A DNA stretch of 24,000 bases from Methanocaldococcus sp. 28A (GTDB lineage: Archaea > AGJL01 > Methanococci > Methanococcales > Methanocaldococcaceae). The notes below the pieces were generated by a model that saw only the letters and a program-made list of their open reading frames with translations, had not been told where the DNA came from and made no database searches. The translations under genes and the position numbers were made by a program. The stretch lies in the NCBI GenBank assembly GCA_049852185.1, contig CP187540.1; one strand, written 5' to 3'. Of this stretch, positions 1-8,556 are shown one piece after another (position 1 is the stretch's first letter; each line of letters starts with the position of its first letter).

Positions 1-842
1 CTTTTGGAACTTATAAAAAAGTAGTTTCAGCAAGAAGTACATTAAAAGAAGTTTTAAAGAAAGCACAGGATGGAGGAATTGTTTCAACAGCTTTTATTTA
101 TGGTTTAGAGAATAATTTGTTGGATGGAGTTATAGTTGCAGACAATGCTGGAGAATTTAAAGCCATTCCAAAAGTAGCTACAACACCAGAAGAAGTTTTA
201 GAAGCAGCAGGAACAAAATATACTGTCTGCCCTAATATATCAGTATTAAAGAGTGCTGTTAGAGAATATGGATGTGAGAAAATTGGAGTTGTAGGAACAC
301 CATGCCAAGTTAGAGCTGTAAGGAAGTTAATGAAATATCCTATTGGTTTTAGGCACGTTCCAGATAAAATTGCTTTAATCATTGGAATCTTCTGTATGGA
401 GAACTTCCCATACAATGGATTAAAGTTAATTGTTGAAGAACACTGTGGAGTTAAGATGGAAGATGTCGTTAAAATGGATATTGGAAAGGGTAAGTTTTGG
501 GTCTATACAAAATGGGGTGAAACAAAAGCAATTAAATTAAAAGAAACTCATCCTTATGAACAAATCGCTTGCCACGTTTGTACAGATTATACTGCAGAAT
601 TGGCAGATATTTCAACAGGTTCAGTTGGAAGCCCAGATGGATGGAGTACTGTATTTATAAGAACTGCTAAGGGAGAAGAAATATTTAACAAAATGGTAGA
701 AGATGGTTATTTAGAAGTTAAGCCAATAGATGAAGTTAAACCAGGTTTAGGTTTGGTTAAAAAATTGTCTTTAACTAAGAAAGAGAAAAATATGAAGGAA
801 ATCGAGCATAGGCGAGAGTTAGGATTACCAGTACCTTACTAA
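1..842 (+). CDS. Coenzyme F420 hydrogenase/dehydrogenase beta-subunit (FrhB) family protein, 5'-truncated by the window edge
   Basis: The reading frame is open from nt 3 ([31 protein letters not shown]...) and continues into the 117..842 ORF. The motifs [28 protein letters not shown] and [15 protein letters not shown] match my recollection of the FrhB family (flavin/F420 site plus C-terminal Fe-S cysteines). Stop is TAA at 840-842. Confidence 0.8.
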   Translation, partial: FGTYKKVVSARSTLKEVLKKAQDGGIVSTAFIYGLENNLLDGVIVADNAGEFKAIPKVATTPEEVLEAAGTKYTVCPNISVLKSAVREYGCEKIGVVGTPCQVRAVRKLMKYPIGFRHVPDKIALIIGIFCMENFPYNGLKLIVEEHCGVKMEDVVKMDIGKGKFWVYTKWGETKAIKLKETHPYEQIACHVCTDYTAELADISTGSVGSPDGWSTVFIRTAKGEEIFNKMVEDGYLEVKPIDEVKPGLGLVKKLSLTKKEKNMKEIEHRRELGLPVPY

Positions 843-860
843 AGCATTAAATGCTTTTTT
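841..860 (+). terminator. Hairpin plus oligo-T immediately after the FrhB-family stop codon
   Basis: AAAGCAT-TAA-ATGCTTT forms a 7-bp stem (841-847 pairs with 851-857) with a 3-nt loop and runs into a T6 tract. Oligo-T tracts are the known archaeal termination signal. Confidence 0.4.
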
Positions 861-934
861 AGATTCTTATTAATCTATTTTAATAAATAAAAAATTAGAA
901 ACCATTTTTATTTAATAAAATATAAGGTATTAAC

Positions 935-1720
935 TTAGATAACCCTAGTAAAAAACTTTTTAATTTTATCAATAATACTTTTTTCTTTTTTTAGTTTAAT
1001 TCCTTCTTCAACATAAATAGGAACTCCTGCTATTATCGAAGCCAATTTCATATACGCATGAGAAGCTGGAGAGTTCGGTTTATATTCAATAACACTCATC
1101 TTTTTTAATGCTCCTGCTCTAACACTTTCATCTTCTGGAATTTCTACTAAAACTTTACTTTTTATTAGCATTTCTATTTCATCTTTTCTCATTTCCCCAA
1201 AATCTCTACCAACTCTATTTAATACGACTCCCATTAAAGGCGTTCCAGCCATTTCAGCACTTTCTTTTAATCTAACAGCATCAATAATTGAGAACATCTC
1301 TGGAGTAACAACAAGTAAAAGCTTATCAGCAACAGCAAGATGTGTAGCCATTTCTCTATTTAACCCTGCTGGTGCATCTATAATTACATAATCAAAATCG
1401 TCAGCTATCTCATTAATAACATCTGGAAGCAAATCAATATCAGATTTTTTATAACCCTCTAAGGATAAACTTGTTGGCAATACATAAACCCCTGTTTTGT
1501 GTTTATAAATTGCATCTTTAATCTCAGCTTCTCCACTTAAAACCTCATGTAAGGAGGGTTTTTTCTTTTCCATATTAAATAGAATTCCTAAATTAGCCAT
1601 TGAAATGTCTCCATCAACAGCTAAAACTTTTTTTCCTAATTTAGAGAGAGCTACAGCCAAAGCTGCTGAAGTAGTGGTTTTTCCTACCCCACCTTTACCG
1701 GAAGCAATTGTAATAATCAT
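935..1720 (-). CDS. minD: MinD/ParA-family P-loop ATPase (archaeal MinD homolog)
   Basis: Deviant Walker A motif IASGKGGVGKTTTSAALA lies at the N-terminus. DGD and DAPAG motifs are present, and length is about 260 aa. ATG at 1720 gives MIITIASGKGG; the track's 1729 start is an upstream in-frame GTG. Confidence 0.85.
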   Translation of the reverse strand: MIITIASGKGGVGKTTTSAALAVALSKLGKKVLAVDGDISMANLGILFNMEKKKPSLHEVLSGEAEIKDAIYKHKTGVYVLPTSLSLEGYKKSDIDLLPDVINEIADDFDYVIIDAPAGLNREMATHLAVADKLLLVVTPEMFSIIDAVRLKESAEMAGTPLMGVVLNRVGRDFGEMRKDEIEMLIKSKVLVEIPEDESVRAGALKKMSVIEYKPNSPASHAYMKLASIIAGVPIYVEEGIKLKKEKSIIDKIKKFFTRVI

Positions 1721-1895
1721 AGATATCACATTTAATTCTTGCTGATTTTATAGATTTATGCAAAATTATTTATTGAATAAGGCATTAATGAATGTCTTTC
1801 TTTTGGAAGACAATCAAATTTTCCTTATAGAGCTTAGCAGAAATAAATATTAAAAGACATATTGATTCCTAAAGGCATTTAAGTTTCTAACTAAA

Positions 1896-1903
1896 TATAT
1901 AAA
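1896..1903 (-). promoter_or_regulatory. Perfect TTTATATA box on the minus strand (candidate minD promoter, far from the start codon)
   Basis: Plus-strand TATATAAA at 1896-1903 is TTTATATA on the minus strand, the Methanococcales box A consensus. It lies about 175 nt upstream of the minD start, which implies a long leader or another transcript. Confidence 0.3.
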
Positions 1904-2017
1904 GTACGTAAGTCCTAAACTGTTTAGAAACACGTATAAAGTAAAATTTAAATTTTGTAATATTCATTGTGGGTAGTGTTTTTTATAATTTAATGTTCTA
2001 CTTCTTAATGTTCATAG

Positions 2018-2025
2018 TTTATATA
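2018..2025 (+). promoter_or_regulatory. Perfect TTTATATA box on the plus strand upstream of the histone gene
   Basis: TTTATATA lies at 2018-2025. The predicted start near 2048 would give an approximately 85-nt leader. A second, weaker box TTTAAATA at 2075-2082 would give an approximately 27-nt leader that contains the GAGGTGG RBS at 2121-2127. Confidence 0.3.
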
Positions 2026-2131
2026 TGTGAAAATTTTTCGAAGACCTTCATAAAAAATGGAAATAACCGAAAAGTTTAAATAACGGGTTTTATAACAACA
2101 TTTTATTGAAAATCCATTATGAGGTGGTATT

Positions 2132-2335
2132 ATGGCTGAGCTTCCAGTTGCACCATTTGAAAGAATCTTGAAAAAAGCAGGAGCAGAGAGAGTTAGTAGA
2201 GCAGCTGCAGAATACTTAGCAGAAGCTGTTGAAGAAATCGCATTAGAAATTGCTAAGGAAGCTGTTGAGTTAGCTAAACATGCTAAAAGAAAAACTGTAA
2301 AAGTTGAAGACATAAAGTTAGCTTTAAAGAAATAA
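2132..2335 (+). CDS. Archaeal histone (HMf-type single histone fold, 67 aa)
   Basis: Sequence [67 protein letters not shown] has the typical length and the conserved PxAPxxRIxKxAGAxRVS and RKTVxxxDIxLA motifs. RBS GAGGTGG lies 5 nt upstream. Confidence 0.93.
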   Translation: MAELPVAPFERILKKAGAERVSRAAAEYLAEAVEEIALEIAKEAVELAKHAKRKTVKVEDIKLALKK

Positions 2336-2448
2336 ACTTTTAATTTTCTATTATTTAAAATTTTTTATTTTGGAAAGGGAGTTTTTTTACTGCTTTAAGT
2401 TATATTTGTTTATTTCTATATTTGCATTATATGGGAAACGGTGAGGTT

Positions 2449-2940
2449 ATGCACAAAAGAATAAAAGATATAAGATATGCTGTAGTTACAGTGAGCGATA
2501 GCAGATATAATGATTTAATTAAAGGAAAAGATGTTGATGATAAATCTGGTAATTTATTAAAAGATGAATTAAATGCTGAAGTATATACAATAATTCCTGA
2601 CAATAAAAATATGATTAAGGGAATAGTTGAGCATATAGTTGAATCTTTTGATGTAGATTGTATTGTTTTTACAGGAGGGACAGGAATAGCTGAGAGGGAT
2701 GTTACCGTTGAAGCTTTAAAGGAAATTATTGAAAAAGAATTGGATGGATTTAAGATTATTTTTCAAAAGTTAAGTTATGAGGAGGTGGGATTTTCAGCTA
2801 TGTTATCAAGAGCTATGGCTGGAATTTATAAAGGAAAAGTTATATATGCTCTTCCAGGTTCAGTAAATGCATGTAAAACAGCATTAAAAATAATTAAAGA
2901 AGAGACGGGACATATATTGGGACATTTAAAAGAGGGGTAA
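2449..2940 (+). CDS. moaB: Molybdenum cofactor biosynthesis protein MoaB/MogA family
   Basis: The motifs VVTVSDSR, FTGGTGIAERDVT and ALPGS fit the MoaB/MogA fold. ATG at 2449 is preceded by GGTGAGG at 2440-2446. The track start at 2422 is TTG, and there is an alternative ATG at 2431. Confidence 0.85.
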   Translation: MHKRIKDIRYAVVTVSDSRYNDLIKGKDVDDKSGNLLKDELNAEVYTIIPDNKNMIKGIVEHIVESFDVDCIVFTGGTGIAERDVTVEALKEIIEKELDGFKIIFQKLSYEEVGFSAMLSRAMAGIYKGKVIYALPGSVNACKTALKIIKEETGHILGHLKEG

Positions 2941-2941
2941 G

Positions 2942-3709
2942 ATGAAATTTTTGTTAATAGCATCAAATAAAGATTTGGCAAGTAAAAACATTGCTAATCA
3001 TTTAAGAGAATATTTTGATATTTTTGAGACTGATAAGGAGCTTTTGTCTATCACACAAGAGGATTTGGAGAAAGCTGATTATTATATATTTTTATCAAAA
3101 CATAGAAGTACAGCTAATAAACCATCTCTAACAGTTCATACGCCAGGAAATTTAACAGAAAATAATGATTTTGGAGGAAATCCTAAAGAAATCTGCCCGT
3201 GTGATGCAATATTAAATACTCTTTTATTGAAAAATATTTACAAAAATTACAAAACCTATTATGAAAATGGCAAAATTAAAGAATTTGATGTCTCTTTTGA
3301 AGTAGTTCATCATTCACCAACTGATTTAAATGCTCCAACGGTATTTGTTGAAATTGGTAGTAGTGAAAAAGAATGGATTTTAAAAGAAGCTGGAGAAATT
3401 ATAGCTAAATCTGTTTTAGAAACTATTGAAGCAATAAAATCTAAAAATTATGATAAAAAATTTAGAGCTATTGGCTTTGGTGGAGGACATTATGCTCCAA
3501 AATTTACAAAACTTGCTTTAGAGGATAAATATTATTTTGGCTACTTAGTTCCAAAATATGCTTCAGTTTCTGAAGAAGTTTTAAATCAACTAATCAACAA
3601 AATGGAAGTAGATAAAGTTCTTATTGATTGGAAAGGGTGTAGGGGAGAGGATAGAAGAAGATATATTGAATTTCTTGAAAATAATGGAATTGAATGGGAA
3701 AGAGTTTAA
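2942..3709 (+). CDS. dtdA: D-aminoacyl-tRNA deacylase, archaeal DtdA (DTD2) type
   Basis: The motifs VEIGSSEKEW, GFGGGHYAPKFTKLALE, PKYA and DWKGCRGEDRR match my recollection of the Pyrococcus DtdA family. The ATG lies 1 nt after the moaB TAA (2938-2940), which suggests translational coupling. Confidence 0.7.
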   Translation: MKFLLIASNKDLASKNIANHLREYFDIFETDKELLSITQEDLEKADYYIFLSKHRSTANKPSLTVHTPGNLTENNDFGGNPKEICPCDAILNTLLLKNIYKNYKTYYENGKIKEFDVSFEVVHHSPTDLNAPTVFVEIGSSEKEWILKEAGEIIAKSVLETIEAIKSKNYDKKFRAIGFGGGHYAPKFTKLALEDKYYFGYLVPKYASVSEEVLNQLINKMEVDKVLIDWKGCRGEDRRRYIEFLENNGIEWERV

Positions 3710-3710
3710 G

Positions 3711-3801
3711 ATAGGATTTTCGCAGTTTATAATATTAGTTTTGGAACTTTGACACCTTTAGGTATCTATATTCATAAAATTTATTCCTGAGAAAGTCCTA
3801 T
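3711..3801. repeat. 91-bp element bounded by 15-nt imperfect inverted repeats (ATAGGATTTTCGCAG ... CTGAGAAAGTCCTAT)
   Basis: The left arm is 3711-3725 and the right arm 3787-3801. Arms are 13/15 complementary at the DNA level. As RNA that is 14 pairs including one G-U, with one mismatch. The element fills most of the dtdA-larB spacer. Related copies lie at 6505-6524 and 8557-8586. Confidence 0.75.
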
Positions 3802-3838
3802 AATAATGCTTTTTTCTAAAAGATTGGAGGGGAATTGG

Positions 3839-4618
3839 ATGGGAAAGAGTCTAAAAGATTTACTTTTGGCATTTAAAAATGGAGAAATTAGCTTAGATGA
3901 AATTGAGAAACTAATTAAACTTAACTATTTTGAGGAGATTGAAAATAAATTGAAATTGGATGTTAATAGGCAGTTCAGAACAGGAGTTCCAGAAGTTGTT
4001 TATGGCAAAGGAAAAGATATGGAGGAAATAATTAGAGCTACATTAAAACTTGCAGAAAAAAATGGCATAGCTTTGGCGACTAAAATAGAGGATATAGAAA
4101 AACTTAGTGACGAAATTAGGAAGTATGATTTAAATAACTATTTTATAAAAATTAATAAAAAAGCTAAAACATTAATAATAAAAAATAAAAACTATAAAAT
4201 TAAAAAAATAGGTAAAGTAGGAATACTAACGGCAGGAACTTCTGATATTCCAATAGCAGAGGAGGCAAAAGACACATTGGAAGTTATGGGGGTTAAAGCT
4301 ATAACATCCTATGATGTAGGAATTGCAGGTATTCATAGGTTGTTTCCAGCCCTAAAAAGAATGATTGAAGAAGACGTTTGTTGTGTTATTGTTGTAGCAG
4401 GAATGGAAGGAGCCCTACCTTCAGTAGTAGCATCTATGGTTGATATTCCAGTTATTGGAGTGCCAACATCAACATCTTATGGAATAAAAATTACTCCTTT
4501 GTTGACAATGTTACATACATGCTCTCCAGGCATTGCAGTTGTTAATATAGATAATGGATTTGGAGCAGGAGTTTTTGCAGGATTAATAACTAAAAAGATA
4601 TATAAAAATAATAAATAA
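3839..4618 (+). CDS. larB: LarB-type PurE-like carboxylase/hydrolase (nickel-pincer nucleotide cofactor biosynthesis; formerly annotated as NCAIR mutase-related)
   Basis: The C-terminal half carries GILTAGTSDIPIAEEA, DVGIAGIHRL, VVAGMEGALPSVVAS, PVIGVPTS and VVNIDNGFGAG, the LarB/PurE-like signature. ATG at 3839 follows GGAGGGG at 3826-3832. The track's 3806 start is probably too early. Confidence 0.8.
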   Translation: MGKSLKDLLLAFKNGEISLDEIEKLIKLNYFEEIENKLKLDVNRQFRTGVPEVVYGKGKDMEEIIRATLKLAEKNGIALATKIEDIEKLSDEIRKYDLNNYFIKINKKAKTLIIKNKNYKIKKIGKVGILTAGTSDIPIAEEAKDTLEVMGVKAITSYDVGIAGIHRLFPALKRMIEEDVCCVIVVAGMEGALPSVVASMVDIPVIGVPTSTSYGIKITPLLTMLHTCSPGIAVVNIDNGFGAGVFAGLITKKIYKNNK

Positions 4619-4640
4619 AAATAATAAATGAGGGAAAACT

Positions 4641-5831
4641 ATGATAAAAGTTGTTGAAGGAGAATTAATAAAGACATTAACTGATGGAAAACTTGAGGAT
4701 ATTACAAAAGAATTAGGGACAGGATATATCCTCATTTTAGTTAAACACGATAATAAACTACATGAAGGTTATATATTTGTTGAAAATGGAGAAATTATTG
4801 GATATTTTTATACTGATAATAACTTAGAGGAAATTTGTGGAAATGCTGAAAAAGTTCTTGAATTATTAGATTATGAAAATAAGGTTATAGAACTTTATAG
4901 ATACGATAAAGATAAGTTAGATCTAATGAAATGGTTATATCCAGAAATATTTATAAAAAAGAAAACTAAAACAAGAGAAGATGTTAAAGAGGAAAATAAA
5001 GTAGATAATATTGAAGAGGAAAAATATCTAAATATAAAATTGAATATTCCATTAGATATCCCTATAGAGATGAACGTGAAGAATTTTGAGGATTATCTAA
5101 AGGATAACAAATATATTATCATAAATGCATATAGAAAAATATCAGGAATGTTCGAAAACGGTTATATTATATATAAAGGAAAAACTCCTATCGCAGCGGC
5201 TTATGAGTGTAATTATGGGGCTTTACTTGGGAAAGAGGCATATAAAAAAATAGAACAGATGTTAAATAGTGAAGATACGGTTATTGATGTATATGAATAT
5301 GATGAAAAGAAGTTAAATGTTTTATTAGATATTTACCCTGAGATGAAGCTTAAAGATGAAACGAAAGAAAGCAAAAAAGAAACTGATAAAAAGATAGAAC
5401 AGAGTAGTGTTTCTATATCCGAAACTTATAGTATTTTAGGTAATGCTGAGGAAGTAACAGAATTATCAAGAGAAGAATTATTAAAAAGATTAGGATTAAA
5501 AGAGCCTGATGAGAATTGGATAGAGGCAATATTAGAAGAGTTCGTTAAGCCCAGTGATGAGGAACTACAAGAGTTAAAGAAAAAAATAGAAAATGAAATA
5601 ATTGAAAAACTAAAAAATATTGACGGTGTTGATGATGTTACGCTAGATATAAATGTTAAATGGGAGAATAGTAGATACTTTATATTTGGAGATGTTAATA
5701 TAAAAAGGGAAAAAATTTTGGGAATTATTAAAAAAGATGTAGACCCATCACTTGTTAAATTTGAAGTCGATAGTGTTATAAAAAAGTATCTTTCCAAATA
5801 TACATCAAGGATATCAATCCATATTGAGTGA
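4641..5831 (+). CDS. Uncharacterised 396-aa protein with an internally duplicated ~60-aa domain and a Lys/Glu-rich linker
   Basis: The ORF is long and uninterrupted, with a GAGGG RBS. Residues 43-102 and 174-234 align: GYI...VI[ED][LV]YxYDxxKL[DN][LV][ML]xx[LI]YPE. I recognise no catalytic motif. Confidence 0.8.
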   Translation: MIKVVEGELIKTLTDGKLEDITKELGTGYILILVKHDNKLHEGYIFVENGEIIGYFYTDNNLEEICGNAEKVLELLDYENKVIELYRYDKDKLDLMKWLYPEIFIKKKTKTREDVKEENKVDNIEEEKYLNIKLNIPLDIPIEMNVKNFEDYLKDNKYIIINAYRKISGMFENGYIIYKGKTPIAAAYECNYGALLGKEAYKKIEQMLNSEDTVIDVYEYDEKKLNVLLDIYPEMKLKDETKESKKETDKKIEQSSVSISETYSILGNAEEVTELSREELLKRLGLKEPDENWIEAILEEFVKPSDEELQELKKKIENEIIEKLKNIDGVDDVTLDINVKWENSRYFIFGDVNIKREKILGIIKKDVDPSLVKFEVDSVIKKYLSKYTSRISIHIE

Positions 5832-5888
5832 CAAAAAATATAATATATATTAAAATAAGAATATGATAAAATAAAAAGAGGTCGTACT

Positions 5889-6455
5889 ATGGACGTGACA
5901 ATTTTATTTTTAATTTTATTTATGTTGGGGGTGGTTATTGGAGTGGGGGTTTATTTCTATAAAGAGAGAGAAAAAAAGAAAACGTATAAGCTTATTGAGA
6001 TGGAAATCGTTGAAAGCCTCAAAGAATTAAAACCATATGTAGCTCCAGACGAAAGTAAAGAATATACAAAAGAATTTGATTTAGTTGAAGTGGCTCTTTC
6101 TTATGATATAGAAGATATTATTGTTGTCAACGACGAAGGACTAATTATAGCATCTACATTAAAGGATGCAGATAATATTGGAGCTATCGGGCTTGGGATA
6201 TTTGAATATATTAAAAAGTTTCATGACAATGTTAAAAAGATTATAATACAAAAAGATGATTCATATATCCACATCTATCCGTTAAATCTCCATAGTGAAA
6301 ATTTATATCTCATTATAGAGTCAAAGATAATGCTTGATGTTTTAGAAGAGAAAGAAATCATTAGGAAAGTATATAATGTTCTTAAAAAATATTTCGCGAA
6401 TATTGAAACAATAGATAATGTTATTCCTGAAGGAGGATTATTATTGAGTAGTTAA
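5889..6455 (+). CDS. Single-pass membrane protein with a Roadblock/LC7 (MglB)-like cytoplasmic region (inferred)
   Basis: The N-terminal hydrophobic helix is VTILFLILFMLGVVIGVGVYFY, followed by a basic stop-transfer KEREKKK. The core IEDIIVVNDEGLIIASTLKDADNIGAIGLGIFEYI resembles the Roadblock pattern (hydrophobic strand, DG-hydrophobic, IAS, acidic turn, helix). The domain call is from pattern only. Confidence 0.7.
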   Translation: MDVTILFLILFMLGVVIGVGVYFYKEREKKKTYKLIEMEIVESLKELKPYVAPDESKEYTKEFDLVEVALSYDIEDIIVVNDEGLIIASTLKDADNIGAIGLGIFEYIKKFHDNVKKIIIQKDDSYIHIYPLNLHSENLYLIIESKIMLDVLEEKEIIRKVYNVLKKYFANIETIDNVIPEGGLLLSS

Positions 6456-6504
6456 CAGTATAATTATGATTTATTTTTTAATTTATTTTTTTAATAATTA
6501 CTCA

Positions 6505-6524
6505 ATAAACTGCGAAAGTCCTAT
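6505..6524 (-). repeat. Solo copy of the ATAGGAYTTTCGCAGTTTAT repeat arm
   Basis: The reverse complement of 6505-6524 is ATAGGACTTTCGCAGTTTAT. It is 19/20 identical to 3711-3730. It lies 6 nt beyond the stop codon of the minus-strand RNase gene. Confidence 0.75.
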
Positions 6525-6530
6525 TATATT

Positions 6531-7805
6531 TTATATTGGTAATATGGTCCCCTTAACTGGAACATAAGTAGGAATTCTTAAAGTTTTCCAGATAGTCATT
6601 GCAAATGATAGTGATTGATACCTCTCCCCATGCATAACTATGGCTTTTTCTGGTTTAGGTATCTTTTTTATATATCTTACTAAGGAGTTGTAATCTCCAT
6701 GAGCTGAAAACTCTATTTTAACAACCTTTCCCCTAACAGGGATTTTATTTTTAAATGGTTGTATTTCTTTAACTCCTTCCTCTAATTCCCTTCCTAATGT
6801 TCCCTCCGCCTGATAACCAGTTAATATAAGTTTATTTTTTGGGTCTTTTAATAATTTTAGATATTTTAATACAGGACCTCCTTGAACCATTCCCGAAGTT
6901 GAGACAATAATACAGGGCTCCTCGTTAAACACTAAATTTTCATCCGCCTTTTTTACATCTCCAAATGGGTTAATTCTATTCTCAACCATATTTTTTATTT
7001 TTGGATTTAGCCAATTTACATAACTTAGATAAACGGCAGTTGCATGAATTAAAGAGCCATCTGTGTAAATAGGCACTTCTTTTAACTTCCCACTTCTCAT
7101 ATAGTTGTTTAATATTAGCAAAATTTCCTGAGCCCTACCAATAGCAAAAACAGGGATTATTACTTTTCCTCCGTTTTCTATTGTTTCAGATATTTCATCA
7201 ATTAACTGTTTTTCTAATGTTTTCCTTGCTGGCTTTATATCTAATGGAGAGCCGTAGGTAGATTCTATAATTAAAACATCAATCTCATCAATGTCTGTAT
7301 CTGCTGGAAGTAGAGTTCTTGAAACTCCTTCGTTTATATCTCCTGTATATAGAATTTTTTTTCCTTCTACCTCTAAGTATATGGAAGCACTTCCCAATAT
7401 ATGTCCTGCATTATAGAATTTGAATTTTATATTATCATTAATTATCTTCTCTTCATAATAATTTAAACATTCAAGACTTTCCATTGCCTGCTGAATATCT
7501 TCCTCATTATAAGCTTTTGTTAAATTTAAAGTATCTCTCCAAGTTATAAACATTAAATCAGCTGTTGGATGTGTGCAATAAATCTTTTTAAATTTATAGA
7601 ATGGAATTGCTCCACAATGGTCAAGATGGGCATGAGAGATGATAACAGCATCTATTGCTTTATCATCTAACTTAGGAATTTCTCCACTATCTGGGGACAT
7701 ACCACAATCTAACAATACTCTCCCTTTTTGTGTTTCTACTTCCACACAACTCATCCCAATTTGCTGACAACCTCCATGAAATTTTAATAAAACCATGTTT
7801 ACCAT
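6531..7805 (-). CDS. Metallo-beta-lactamase / beta-CASP family ribonuclease (aCPSF2-like, no N-terminal KH domains)
   Basis: The MBL motif ISHAHLDHCG is present, along with the downstream GH, TGD and ESTYG beta-CASP motifs and a C-terminal SAHGD...VMHGE. Length is about 420 aa. An alternative ATG at 7796 sits about 24 nt downstream of a TATA-like AATATATATAA and could be a leaderless start. Confidence 0.85.
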   Translation of the reverse strand: MVNMVLLKFHGGCQQIGMSCVEVETQKGRVLLDCGMSPDSGEIPKLDDKAIDAVIISHAHLDHCGAIPFYKFKKIYCTHPTADLMFITWRDTLNLTKAYNEEDIQQAMESLECLNYYEEKIINDNIKFKFYNAGHILGSASIYLEVEGKKILYTGDINEGVSRTLLPADTDIDEIDVLIIESTYGSPLDIKPARKTLEKQLIDEISETIENGGKVIIPVFAIGRAQEILLILNNYMRSGKLKEVPIYTDGSLIHATAVYLSYVNWLNPKIKNMVENRINPFGDVKKADENLVFNEEPCIIVSTSGMVQGGPVLKYLKLLKDPKNKLILTGYQAEGTLGRELEEGVKEIQPFKNKIPVRGKVVKIEFSAHGDYNSLVRYIKKIPKPEKAIVMHGERYQSLSFAMTIWKTLRIPTYVPVKGTILPI

Positions 7806-8029
7806 CCCAAAAATTATATATATTTTTTTTAATAAATCCTATTTACTCCAAGGCAAAAGAATATGAAACAGGGAGTTATATTTAAATTAATTAATAAAAC
7901 TAAAAATAAGCATGAGGATGTGGGTATGTTCGTAACATATTCTAAATAGGGACAAAATACCTAATAGACTTATAAAGCATCTATTTTATTATTTTTAAAT
8001 CTTACTATAAAATATATTGGTGAAGATTA

Positions 8030-8536
8030 ATGGAACATAGGCATGTTATTTCCGCATTAGTTTTAAACAAACCGGGAGTCTTACAGAGAATTTCAGGATT
8101 ATTTACCAGGAGAGGGTTTAATATTTCAAGTATTACAGTTGGAATAACTGAGAATCCACAAATTTCAAGAGTTACGATAGTTGTTAATGGTGATGATAAT
8201 ATATTAGAACAGGTCATTAAACAGCTTAATAAATTAATTGATGTTATAAAAGTTAGTGAGTTAGAGGAAAAGAAATCTGTTCAGAGAGAGCTCTGCCTAA
8301 TAAAAATATATGCACCAACAGAGAGTGCTAAATCCCAAGTTATTCAATATACAAGTATATTTAGAGGAAATGTTGTAGATTTAAGTCCTGAATCTTTAAT
8401 TGTTGAGATAACTGGTAGTGAAGATAAGATAAATGCATTTATTGAGTTGGTTAAACCATTAGGAATTAAAGAGATGGCAAGAACTGGGATTACTGCATTA
8501 GCAAGAGGTCCAAAGGTTTTAAAGCCAAAGAGCTAA
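8030..8536 (+). CDS. ilvN: Acetolactate synthase small (regulatory) subunit, ACT domain
   Basis: [48 protein letters not shown] is the canonical AHAS small-subunit N-terminal ACT domain. Length is 168 aa. GGTGA RBS lies at 8019-8023. No ilvB gene is adjacent. Confidence 0.9.
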   Translation: MEHRHVISALVLNKPGVLQRISGLFTRRGFNISSITVGITENPQISRVTIVVNGDDNILEQVIKQLNKLIDVIKVSELEEKKSVQRELCLIKIYAPTESAKSQVIQYTSIFRGNVVDLSPESLIVEITGSEDKINAFIELVKPLGIKEMARTGITALARGPKVLKPKS

Positions 8537-8556
8537 CCTTTTGAGATTATAAGATA

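Noticed and set aside
3711-3801. The IR-bounded element as a C/D-box sRNA (terminal stem with CTGA next to the 3' arm)
   Set aside because: There is no C box (RTGATGA) near the 5' arm and no internal C'/D' pair. I saw no TGATGA in any intergenic region of the window; the nearest is ATGATGC at 8603-8609, with no D box.
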